Assembly (NCBI GenBank): GCA_964057225.1
Contig: OZ059900.1
Coordinates: 19,158,001-19,222,000, forward strand
Origin: Auanema rhodensis
Taxonomy: Eukaryota > Animalia > Nematoda
Direction: 5' to 3'
Length of the DNA stretch: 64,000 nucleotides
Both the position numbers and the translations under genes were made by a program. The notes under the pieces are model-generated. The model did no database searches. It was not told the origin of the DNA and was given only the letters and a program-made list of their open reading frames with translations. This document shows, piece by piece, positions 26,351-39,700 of this stretch (positions within the stretch are counted from its first letter, which is position 1; each line of letters opens with the position of its first letter).

Positions 26351-29300
26351 AGGTTTTGACTTACGATTTCATGTGTTCAAACTCATGCAATGTCAATGAA
26401 ACCTAGCTCAAAATTGTTCGTACAACGTCTAGTTCCACTTTCACGACAAAAAAACAGGGGTTAGAAAATTAAGGAAATTAGCATATTCTGAGCGCACGCC
26501 CCTTATGGCTAATATTGATTAAATCGATTTTTGTTCATATGAGTCGTCAAATGCAACGAATTTCAGCGTGTTACATACTAAAATGAAGCATTTTACATGC
26601 TGAACACTAGAAAAATACAAAAACACAGTATTTCCCATGAGAAATATTTTATCATGCTGGAAAACCAGTTTTTGGAAATTTCGCTGTAAACAAGGTTTTG
26701 ACTTACGATTTCATGTGTTCAAACTCATGCAATGTCAATGAAACCTAGCTCAAAATTGTTTGTACAACGTCTAGTTCCACTTTCACGACAAAAAAACAAG
26801 GGTTAGAAAATTAAGGAAATTAGCATATTCTGAGGGCACGCCCCTTATGGCTAATATTGATTAAATCGATTTTTGTTCATATGAGTCGTCAAATGCAACG
26901 AATTTCAGCGTGTTACATACTAAAATGAAGCATTTTACATGCTGAACACTAGAAAAATACAAAAACACAGTATTTCCCATGAGAAATATTTTATTATGCT
27001 GGAAAACCAGTTTTTGGAAATTTCGCTGTAAACAAGGTTTTGACTTACGATTTCATGTGTTCAAACTCATGCAATGTCAATGAAACCTAGCTCAAAATTG
27101 TTCGTACAACGTCTAGTTCCACTTTCACGACAAAAAAACAGGGGTTAGAAAATTAAGGAAATTAGCATATTCTGAGGGCACGCCCCTTATGGCTAATATT
27201 GATTAAATCGATTTTTGTTCATATGAGTCGTCAAATGCAACGAATTTCAGCGTGTTACACACTAAAATGAAGCATTTCACATGCTGAACACTAGAAGAAT
27301 ACAAAAACACAGTATTTCCCATGAGAAATATTTTATTATGCTGGAAAACCAGTTTTTCGAAATTTCGCTGTAAACAAGGTTTTGACTTACGATTTCATGT
27401 GTTCAAACTCATGCAATGTCAATGAAACCTAGCTCAAAATTGTTCGTACAACGTCTAGTTCCACTTTCACGACAAAAAAACAGGGGTTAGAAAATTAAGG
27501 AAATTAGCATATTCTGAGGGCACGCCCCTTATGGCTAATATTGATTAAATCGATTTTTGTTCATATGAGTCGTCAAATGCAACGAATTTCAGCGTGTTAC
27601 ATACTAAAATGAAGCATTTTACATGCTGAACACTAGAAAAATACAAAAACACAGTATTTCCCATGAGAAATATTTTATCATGCTGGAAAACCAGTTTTTG
27701 GAAATTTCGCTGTAAACAAGGTTTTGACTTACGATTTCATGTGTTCAAACTCATGCAATGTCAATGAAACCTAGCTCAAAATTGTTTGTACAACGTCTAG
27801 TTCCACTTTCACGACAAAAAAACAAGGGTTAGAAAATTAAGGAAATTAGCATATTCTGAGGGCACGCCCCTTATGGCTAATATTGATTAAATCGATTTTT
27901 GTTCATATGAGTCGTCAAATGCAACGAATTTCAGCGTGTTACATACTAAAATGAAGCATTTTACATGCTGAACACTAGAAAAATACAAAAACACAGTATT
28001 TCCCATGAGAAATATTTTATTATGCTGGAAAACCAGTTTTTGGAAATTTCGCTGTAAACAAGGTTTTGACTTACGATTTCATGTGTTCAAACTCATGCAA
28101 TGTCAATGAAACCTAGCTCAAAATTGTTCGTACAACGTCTAGTTCCACTTTCACGACAAAAAAACAGGGGTTAGAAAATTAAGGAAATTAGCATATTCTG
28201 AGGGCACGCCCTTTATGGCTAATATTGATTAAATCGATTTTTGTTCATATGAGTCGTCAAATGCAACGAATTTCAGCGTGTTACACACTAAAATGAAGCA
28301 TTTCACATGCTGAACACTAGAAGAATACAAAAACACAGTATTTCCCATGAGAAATATTTTATTATGCTGGAAAACCAGTTTTTCGAAATTTCGCTGTAAA
28401 CAAGGTTTTGACTTACGATTTCATGTGTTCAAACTCATGCAATGTCAATGAAACCTAGCTCAAAATTGTTCGTACAACGTCTAGTTCCACTTTCACGACA
28501 AAAAAACAGGGGTTAGAAAATTAAGGAAATTAGCATATTCTGAGGGCACGCCCCTTATGGCTAATATTGATTAAATCGATTTTTGTTCATATGAGTCGTC
28601 AAATGCAACGAATTTCAGCGTGTTACATACTAAAATGAAGCATTTTACATGCTGAACACTAGAAAAATACAAAAACACAGTATTTCCCATGAGAAATATT
28701 TTATCATGCTGGAAAACCAGTTTTTGGAAATTTCGCTGTAAACAAGGTTTTGACTTACGATTTCATGTGTTCAAACTCATGCAATGTCAATGAAACCTAG
28801 CTCAAAATTGTTTGTACAACGTCTAGTTCCACTTTCACGACAAAAAAACAAGGGTTAGAAAATTAAGGAAATTAGCATATTCTGAGGGCACGCCCCTTAT
28901 GGCTAATATTGATTAAATCGATTTTTGTTCATATGAGTCGTCAAATGCAACGAATTTCAGCGTGTTACATACTAAAATGAAGCATTTTACATGCTGAACA
29001 CTAGAAAAATACAAAAACACAGTATTTCCCATGAGAAATATTTTATTATGCTGGAAAACCAGTTTTTGGAAATTTCGCTGTAAACAAGGTTTTGACTTAC
29101 GATTTCATGTGTTCAAACTCATGCAATGTCAATGAAACCTAGCTCAAAATTGTTCGTACAACGTCTAGTTCCACTTTCACGACAAAAAAACAGGGGTTAG
29201 AAAATTAAGGAAATTAGCATATTCTGAGGGCACGCCCCTTATGGCTAATATTGATTAAATCGATTTTTGTTCATATGAGTCGTCAAATGCAACGAATTTC

Positions 29301-29700
29301 AGCGTGTTACACACTAAAATGAAGCATTTCACATGCTGAACACTAGAAGAATACAAAAACACAGTATTTCCCATGAGAAATATTTTATTATGCTGGAAAA
29401 CCAGTTTTTCGAAATTTCGCTGTAAACAAGGTTTTGACTTACGATTTCATGTGTTCAAACTCATGCAATGTCAATGAAACCTAGCTCAAAATTGTTCGTA
29501 CAACGTCTAGTTCCACTTTCACGACAAAAAAACAGGGGTTAGAAAATTAAGGAAATTAGCATATTCTGAGGGCACGCCCCTTATGGCTAATATTGATTAA
29601 ATCGATTTTTGTTCATATGAGTCGTCAAATGCAACGAATTTCAGCGTGTTACATACTAAAATGAAGCATTTTACATGCTGAACACTAGAAAAATACAAAA
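26350..29700 (+). repeat. Local 3-monomer (1026-bp) higher-order repeat, ~3 copies
   Basis: The monomer with CACACT/TTTCAC/AGAAGA/TTCGAA recurs at 27358, 28384 and 29410, alternating regularly with a TATCAT monomer and a TTTGTA+CAAGGG monomer. Confidence 0.85.
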
Positions 29701-32700
29701 ACACAGTATTTCCCATGAGAAATATTTTATCATGCTGGAAAACCAGTTTTTGGAAATTTCGCTGTAAACAAGGTTTTGACTTACGATTTCATGTGTTCAA
29801 ACTCATGCAATGTCAATGAAACCTAGCTCAAAATTGTTCGTACAACGTCTAGTTCCACTTTCACGACAAAAAAACAGGGGTTAGAAAATTAAGGAAATTA
29901 GCATATTCTGAGGGCACGCCCCTTATGGCTAATATTGATTAAATCGATTTTTGTTCATATGAGTCGTCAAGTGCAACGAATTTCAGCGTGTTACAAACTA
30001 AAATGAAGCATTTTACATGCTGAACACTAGAAAAATACAAAAACACAGTATTTCCCATGAGAAATATTTTATTATGCTGGAAAACCAGTTTTTGGAAATT
30101 TCGCTGTAAACAAGGTTTTGACTTACGATTTCATGTGTTCAAACTCATGCAATGTCAATGAAACCTAGCTCAAAATTGTTCGTACAACGTCTAGTTCCAC
30201 TTTCACGACAAAAAAACAGGGGTTAGAAAATTAAGGAAATTAGCATATTCTGAGGGCACGCCCCTTATGGCTAATATTGATTAAATCGATTTTTGTTCAT
30301 ATGAGTCGTCAAATGCAACGAATTTCAGCGTGTTACATACTAAAATGAAGCATTTTACATGCTGAACACTAGAAAAATACAAAAACACAGTATTTCCCAT
30401 GAGAAATATTTTATCATGCTGGAAAACCAGTTTTTGGAAATTTCGCTGTAAACAAGGTTTTGACTTACGATTTCATGTGTTCAAACTCATGCAATGTCAA
30501 TGAAACCTAGCTCAAAATTGTTCGTACAACGTCTAGTTCCACTTTCACGACAAAAAAACAGGGGTTAGAAAATTAAGGAAATTAGCATATTCTGAGGGCA
30601 CGCCCCTTATGGCTAATATTGATTAAATCGATTTTTGTTCATATGAGTCGTCAAATGCAACGAATTTCAGCGTGTTACACATTAAAATGAAGCATTTTAC
30701 ATGCTGAACACTAGAAAAATACAAAAACACAGTATTTCCCATGAGAAATATTTTATCATGCTGGAAAACCAGTTTTTGGAAATTTCGCTGTAAACAAGGT
30801 TTTGACTTACGATTTCATGTGTTCAAACTCATGCAATGTCAATGAAACCTAGCTCAAAATTGTTTGTACAACGTCTAGTTCCACTTTCACGACAAAAAAA
30901 CAGGGGTTAGAAAATTAAGGAAATTAGCATATTCTGAGGGCACGCCCCTTATGGCTAATATTGATTAAATCGATTTTTGTTCATATGAGTCGTCAAATGC
31001 AACGAATTTCAGCGTGTTACAAACTAAAATGAAGCATTTTACATGCTGAACACTAGAAAAATACAAAAACACAGTGTTTCCCATGAGAAATATTTTATTA
31101 TGCTGGAAAACCAGTTTTTGGAAATTTCGCTGTAAACAAGGTTTTGACTTACGATTTCATGTGTTCAAACTCATGCAACGTCAATGAAACCTAGCTCAAA
31201 ATTGTTCGTACAGCGTCTAGTTCCACTTTCACGACAAAAAAACAGGGGTTAGAAAATTAAGGAAATTAGCATATTCTGAGGGCACGCCCCTTATGGCTAA
31301 TATTGATTAAATCGATTTTTGTTCATATGAGTCGTCAAATGCAACGAATTTCAGCGTGTTACATACTAAAATGAAGCATTTTACATGCTGAACACTAGAA
31401 AAATACAAAAACACAGTATTTCCCATGAGAAATATTTTATTATGCTGGAAAACCAGTTTTTGGAAATTTCGCTGTAAACAAGGTTTTGACTTACGATTTC
31501 ATGTGTTCAAACTCATGCAATGTCAATGAAACCTAGCTCAAAATTGTTCGTACAACGTCTAGTTCCACTTTCACGACAAAAAAACAGGGGTTAGAAAATT
31601 AAGGAAATTAGCATATTCTGAGGGCACGCCCCTTATGGCTAATATTGATTAAATCGATTTTTGTTCATATGAGTCGTCAAATGCAACGAATTTCAGCGTG
31701 TTACATACTAAAATGAAGCATTTTACATGCTGAACACTAGAAAAATACAAAAACACAGTATTTCCCATGAGAAATATTTTATTATGCTGGAAAACCAGTT
31801 TTTGGAAATTTCGCTGTAAACAAGGTTTTGACTTACGATTTCATGTGTTCAAACTCATGCAATGTCAATGAAACCTAGCTCAAAATTGTTCGTACAACGT
31901 CTAGTTCCACTTTCACGACAAAAAAACAGGGGTTAGAAAATTAAGGAAATTAGCATATTCTGAGGGCACGCCCCTTATGGCTAATATTGATTAAATCGAT
32001 TTTTGTTCATATGAGTCGTCAAATGCAACGAATTTCAGCGTGTTACATACTAAAATGAAGCATTTTACATGCTGAACACTAGAAGAATACAAAAACACAG
32101 TATTTCCCATGAGAAATATTTTATTATGCTGGAAAACCAGTTTTTGGAAATTTCGCTGTAAACAAGGTTTTGACTTACGATTTCATGTGTTCAAACTCAT
32201 GCAATGTCAATGAAACCTAGCTCAAAATTGTTCGTACAACGTCTAGTTCCACTTTCACGACAAAAAAACAGGGGTTAGAAAATTAAGGAAATTAGCATAT
32301 TCTGAGGGCACGCCCCTTATGGCTAATATTGATTAAATCGATTTTTGTTCATATGAGTCGTCAAATGCAACGAATTTCAGCGTGTTACATACTAAAATGA
32401 AGCATTTTACATGCTGAACACTAGAAAAATACAAAAACACAGTATTTCCCATGAGAAATATTTTATTATGCTGGAAAACCAGTTTTTGGAAATTTCGCTG
32501 TAAACAAGGTTTTGACTTACGATTTCATGTGTTCAAACTCATGCAATGTCAATGAAACCTAGCTCAAAATTGTTCGTACAACGTCTAGTTCCACTTTCAC
32601 GACAAAAAAACAGGGGTTAGAAAATTAAAAAAATTAGCATATTCTGAGGGCACGCCCCTTATGGCTAATATTGATTAAATCGATTTTTGTTCATATGAGT

Positions 32701-34999
32701 CGTCAAATGCAACGAATTTCAGCGTGTTACATACTAAAATGAAGCATTTTACATGCTGAACACTAGAAAAATACAAAAACACAGTATTTCCCATGAGAAA
32801 TATTTTATTATGCTGGAAAACCAGTTTTTGGAAATTTCGCTGTAAACAAGGTTTTGACTTACGATTTCATGTGTTCAAACTCATGCAATGTCAATGAAAC
32901 CTAGCTCAAAATTGTTCGTACAACGTCTAGTTCCACTTTCACGACAAAAAAACAGGGGTTAGAAAATTAAGGAAATTAGCATATTCTGAGGGCACGCCCC
33001 TTATGGCTAATATTGATTAAATCGATTTTTGTTCATATGAGTCGTCAAATGCAACGAATTTCATCGTGTTACATACTAAAATGAAGCATTTCACATGCTG
33101 AACACTAGAAAAATACAAAAACACAGTATTTCCCATGAGAAATATTTTATCATGCTGGAAAACCAGTTTTTGGAAATTTCGCTGTAAACAAGGTTTTGAC
33201 TTACGATTTCATATGTTCAAACTCATGCAATGTCAATGAAACCTAGCTCAAAATTGTTTGTACAACGTCTAGTTCCACTTTCACGACAAAAAAACAAGGG
33301 TTAGAAAATTAAGGAAATTAGCATATTCTGAGGGCACGCCCCTTATGGCTAATATTGATTAAATCGATTTTTGTTCATATGAGTCGTCAAATGCAACGAA
33401 TTTCAGCGTGTTACAAACTAAAATGAAGCATTTTACATGCTGAACACTAGAAAAATACAAAAACACAGTGTTTCCCATGAGAAATATTTTATTATGCTGG
33501 AAAACCAGTTTTTGGAAATTTCGCTGTAAACAAGGTTTTGACTTACGATTTCATGTGTTCAAACTCATGCAATGTCAATGAAACCTAGCTCAAAATTGTT
33601 CGTACAGCGTCTAGTTCCACTTTCACGACAAAAAAACAGGGGTTAGAAAATTAAGGAAATTAGCATATTCTGAGGGCACGCCCCTTATGGCTAATATTGA
33701 TTAAATCGATTTTTGTTCATATGAGTCGTCAAATGCAACGAATTTCAGCGTGTTACATACTAAAATGAAGCATTTTACATGCTGAACACTAGAAAAATAC
33801 AAAAACACAGTATTTCCCATGAGAAATATTTTATTATGCTGGAAAACCAGTTTTTGGAAATTTCGCTGTAAACAAGGTTTTGACTTACGATTTCATGTGT
33901 TCAAACTCATGCAATGTCAATGAAACCTAGCTCAAAATTGTTCGTACAACGTCTAGTTCCACTTTCACGACAAAAAAACAGGGGTTAGAAAATTAAGGAA
34001 ATTAGCATATTCTGAGGGCACGCCCCTTATGGCTAATATTGATTAAATCGATTTTTGTTCATATGAGTCGTCAAATGCAACGAATTTCAGCGTGTTACAT
34101 ACTAAAATGAAGCATTTTACATGCTGAACACTAGAAAAATACAAAAACACAGTATTTCCCATGAGAAATATTTTATTATGCTGGAAAACCAGTTTTTGGA
34201 AATTTCGCTGTAAACAAGGTTTTGACTTACGATTTCATGTGTTCAAACTCATGCAATGTCAATGAAACCTAGCTCAAAATTGTTCGTACAACGTCTAGTT
34301 CCACTTTCACGACAAAAAAACAGGGGTTAGAAAATTAAGGAAATTAGCATATTCTGAGGGCACGCCCCTTATGGCTAATATTGATTAAATCGATTTTTGT
34401 TCATATGAGTCATCAAATGCAACGAATTTCATCGTGTTACATACTAAAATGAAGCATTTTACATGCTGAACACTAGAAAAATACAAAAACACAGTATTTC
34501 CCATGAGAAATATTTTATCATGCTGGAAAACCAGTTTTTGGAAATTTCGCTGTAAACAAGGTTTTGACTTACGATTTCATATGTTCAAACTCATGCAATG
34601 TCAATGAAACCTAGCTCAAAATTGTTTGTACAACGTCTAGTTCCACTTTCACGACAAAAAAACAAGGGTTAGAAAATTAAGGAAATTAGCATATTCTGAG
34701 GGCACGCCCCTTATGGCTAATATTGATTAAATCGATTTTTGTTCATATGAGTCGTCAAATGCAACGAATTTCAGCGTGTTACATACTAAAATGAAGCATT
34801 TTACATGCTGAACACTAGAAGAATACAAAAACACAGTATTTCCCATGAGAAATATTTTATTATGCTGGAAAACCAGTTTTTGGAAATTTCGCTGTAAACA
34901 AGGTTTTGACTTACGATTTCATGTGTTCAAACTCATGCAATGTCAATGAAACCTAGCTCAAAATTGTTCGTACAACGTCTAGTTCCACTTTCACGACAA

Positions 35000-37900
35000 A
35001 AAAACAGGGGTTAGAAAATTAAGGAAATTAGCATATTCTGAGGGCACGCCCCTTATGGCTAATATTGATTAAATCGATTTTTGTTCATATGAGTCGTCAA
35101 ATGCAACGAATTTCAGCGTGTTACATACTAAAATGAAGCATTTTACATGCTGAACACTAGAAAAATACAAAAACACAGTATTTCCCATGAGAAATATTTT
35201 ATTATGCTGGAAAACCAGTTTTTGGAAATTTCGCTGTAAACAAGGTTTTGACTTACGATTTCATGTGTTCAAACTCATGCAATGTCAATGAAACCTAGCT
35301 CAAAATTGTTCGTACAACGTCTAGTTCCACTTTCACGACAAAAAAACAGGGGTTAGAAAATTAAAAAAATTAGCATATTCTGAGGGCACGCCCCTTATGG
35401 CTAATATTGATTAAATCGATTTTTGTTCATATGAGTCGTCAAATGCAACGAATTTCAGCGTGTTACATACTAAAACGAAGCATTTTACATGCTGAACACT
35501 AGAAAAATACAAAAACACAGTATTTCCCATGAGAAATATTTTATTATGCTGGAAAACCAGTTTTTGGAAATTTCGCTGTAAACAAGGTTTTGACTTACGA
35601 TTTCATGTGTTCAAACTCATGCAATGTCAATGAAACCTAGCTCAAAATTGTTCGTACAACGTCTAGTTCCACTTTCACGACAAAAAAACAGGGGTTAGAA
35701 AATTAAGGAAATTAGCATATTCTGAGGGCACGCCCCTTATGGCTAATATTGATTAAATCGATTTTTGTTCATATGAGTCGTCAAATGCAACGAATTTCAG
35801 CGTGTTACATACTAAAATGAAGCATTTTACATGCTGAACACTAGAAAAATACAAAAACACAGTATTTCCCATGAGAAATATTTTATTATGCTGGAAAACC
35901 AGTTTTTGGAAATTTCGCTGTAAACAAGGTTTTGACTTACGATTTCATGTGTTCAAACTCATGCAATGTCAATGAAACCTAGCTCAAAATTGTTCGTACA
36001 ACGTCTAGTTCCACTTTCACGACAAAAAAACAGGGGTTAGAAAATTAAGGAAATTAGCATATTCTGAGGGCACGCCCCTTATGGCTAATATTGATTAAAT
36101 CGATTTTTGTTCATATGAGTCGTCAAATGCAACGAATTTCAGCGTGTTACATACTAAAATGAAGCATTTTACATGCTGAACACTAGAAGAATACAAAAAC
36201 ACAGTATTTCCCATGAGAAATATTTTATTATGCTGGAAAACCAGTTTTTGGAAATTTCGCTGTAAACAAGGTTTTGACTTACGATTTCATGTGTTCAAAC
36301 TCATGCAATGTCAATGAAACCTAGCTCAAAATTGTTCGTACAACGTCTAGTTCCACTTTCACGACAAAAAAACAGGGGTTAGAAAATTAAGGAAATTAGC
36401 ATATTCTGAGGGCACGCCCCTTATGGCTAATATTGATTAAATCGATTTTTGTTCATATGAGTCGTCAAATGCAACGAATTTCAGCGTGTTACACACTAAA
36501 ATGAAGCATTTCACATGCTGAACACTAGAAGAATACAAAAACACAGTATTTCCCATGAGAAATATTTTATTATGCTGGAAAACCAGTTTTTCGAAATTTC
36601 GCTGTAAACAAGGTTTTGACTTACGATTTCATGTGTTCAAACTCATGCAATGTCAATGAAACCTAGCTCAAAATTGTTCGTACAACGTCTAGTTCCACTT
36701 TCACGACAAAAAAACAGGGGTTAGAAAATTAAGGAAATTAGCATATTCTGAGGGCACGCCCCTTATGGCTAATATTGATTAAATCGATTTTTGTTCATAT
36801 GAGTCGTCAAATGCAACGAATTTCAGCGTGTTACATACTAAAATGAAGCATTTTACATGCTGAACACTAGAAAAATACAAAAACACAGTATTTCCCATGA
36901 GAAATATTTTATCATGCTGGAAAACCAGTTTTTGGAAATTTCGCTGTAAACAAGGTTTTGACTTACGATTTCATGTGTTCAAACTCATGCAATGTCAATG
37001 AAACCTAGCTCAAAATTGTTTGTACAACGTCTAGTTCCACTTTCACGACAAAAAAACAAGGGTTAGAAAATTAAGGAAATTAGCATATTCTGAGGGCACG
37101 CCCCTTATGGCTAATATTGATTAATTCGATTTTTGTTCATATGAGTCGTCAAATGCAACGAATTTCAGCGTGTTACATACTAAAATGAAGCATTTTACAT
37201 GCTGAACACTGGAAAAATACAAAAACACAGTATTTCCCATGAGAAATATTTTATTATGCTGGAAAACCAGTTTTTGGAAATTTCGCTGTAAACAAGGTTT
37301 TGACTTACGATTTCATGTGTTCAAACTCATGCAATGTCAATGAAACCTAGCTCAAAATTGTTCGTACAACGTCTAGTTCCACTTTCACGACAAAAAAACA
37401 GGGGTTAGAAAATTAAGGAAATTAGCATATTCTGAGGGCACGCCCCTTATGGCTAATATTGATTAAATCGATTTTTGTTCATATGAGTCGTCAAATGCAA
37501 CGAATTTCAGCGTGTTACATACTAAAATGAAGCAATTTACATGCTGAACACTAGAAAAATACAAAAACACAGTATTTCCCATGAGAAATATTTTATTATG
37601 CTGGAAAACCAGTTTTTGGAAATTTCGCTGTAAACAAGGTTTTGACTTACGATTTCATGTGTTCAAACTCATGCAATGTCAATGAAACCTAGCTCAAAAT
37701 TGTTCGTACAACGTCTAGTTCCACTTTCACGACAAAAAAACAGGGGTTAGAAAATTAAAAAAATTAGCATATTCTGAGGGCACGCCCCTTATGGCTAATA
37801 TTGATTAAATCGATTTTTGTTCATATGAGTCGTCAAATGCAACGAATTTCAGCGTGTTACATACTAAAACGAAGCATTTTACATGCTGAACACTAGAAAA

Positions 37901-39700
37901 ATACAAAAACACAGTATTTCCCATGAGAAATATTTTATTATGCTGGAAAACCAGTTTTTGGAAATTTCGCTGTAAACAAGGTTTTGACTTACGATTTCAT
38001 GTGTTCAAACTCATGCAATGTCAATGAAACCTAGCTCAAAATTGTTCGTACAACGTCTAGTTCCACTTTCACGACAAAAAAACAGGGGTTAGAAAATTAA
38101 GGAAATTAGCATATTCTGAGGGCACGCCCCTTATGGCTAATATTGATTAAATCGATTTTTGTTCATATGAGTCGTCAAATGCAACGAATTTCAGCGTGTT
38201 ACATACTAAAATGAAGCATTTTACATGCTGAACACTAGAAAAATACAAAAACACAGTATTTCCCATGAGAAATATTTTATTATGCTGGAAAACCAGTTTT
38301 TGGAAATTTCGCTGTAAACAAGGTTTTGACTTACGATTTCATGTGTTCAAACTCATGCAATGTCAATGAAACCTAGCTCAAAATTGTTCGTACAACGTCT
38401 AGTTCCACTTTCACGACAAAAAAACAGGGGTTAGAAAATTAAGGAAATTAGCATATTCTGAGGGCACGCCCCTTATGGCTAATATTGATTAAATCGATTT
38501 TTGTTCATATGAGTCGTCAAATGCAACGAATTTCAGCGTGTTACATACTAAAATGAAGCATTTTACATGCTGAACACTAGAAGAATACAAAAACACAGTA
38601 TTTCCCATGAGAAATATTTTATTATGCTGGAAAACCAGTTTTTGGAAATTTCGCTGTAAACAAGGTTTTGACTTACGATTTCATGTGTTCAAACTCATGC
38701 AATGTCAATGAAACCTAGCTCAAAATTGTTCGTACAACGTCTAGTTCCACTTTCACGACAAAAAAACAGGGGTTAGAAAATTAAGGAAATTAGCATATTC
38801 TGAGGGCACGCCCCTTATGGCTAATATTGATTAAATCGATTTTTGTTCATATGAGTCGTCAAATGCAACGAATTTCAGCGTGTTACACACTAAAATGAAG
38901 CATTTCACATGCTGAACACTAGAAGAATACAAAAACACAGTATTTCCCATGAGAAATATTTTATTATGCTGGAAAACCAGTTTTTCGAAATTTCGCTGTA
39001 AACAAGGTTTTGACTTACGATTTCATGTGTTCAAACTCATGCAATGTCAATGAAACCTAGCTCAAAATTGTTCGTACAACGTCTAGTTCCACTTTCACGA
39101 CAAAAAAACAGGGGTTAGAAAATTAAGGAAATTAGCATATTCTGAGGGCACGCCCCTTATGGCTAATATTGATTAAATCGATTTTTGTTCATATGAGTCG
39201 TCAAATGCAACGAATTTCAGCGTGTTACATACTAAAATGAAGCATTTTACATGCTGAACACTAGAAAAATACAAAAACACAGTATTTCCCATGAGAAATA
39301 TTTTATCATGCTGGAAAACCAGTTTTTGGAAATTTCGCTGTAAACAAGGTTTTGACTTACGATTTCATGTGTTCAAACTCATGCAATGTCAATGAAACCT
39401 AGCTCAAAATTGTTTGTACAACGTCTAGTTCCACTTTCACGACAAAAAAACAAGGGTTAGAAAATTAAGGAAATTAGCATATTCTGAGGGCACGCCCCTT
39501 ATGGCTAATATTGATTAATTCGATTTTTGTTCATATGAGGCGTCAAATGCAACGAATTTCAGCGTGTTACATACTAAAATGAAGCATTTTACATGCTGAA
39601 CACTAGAAAAATACAAAAACACAGTATTTCCCATGAGAAATATTTTATTATGCTGGAAAACCAGTTTTTGGAAATTTCGCTGTAAACAAGGTTTTGACTT
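35000..39700 (+). repeat. Tandem duplication of a 7-monomer (2394-bp) unit
   Basis: GG>AA (35365/37759), AAAACG (35476/37870), TTCGAA (36592/38986) and ATTAATTCG (37125/39519) are all 2394 bp apart. Confidence 0.88.
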
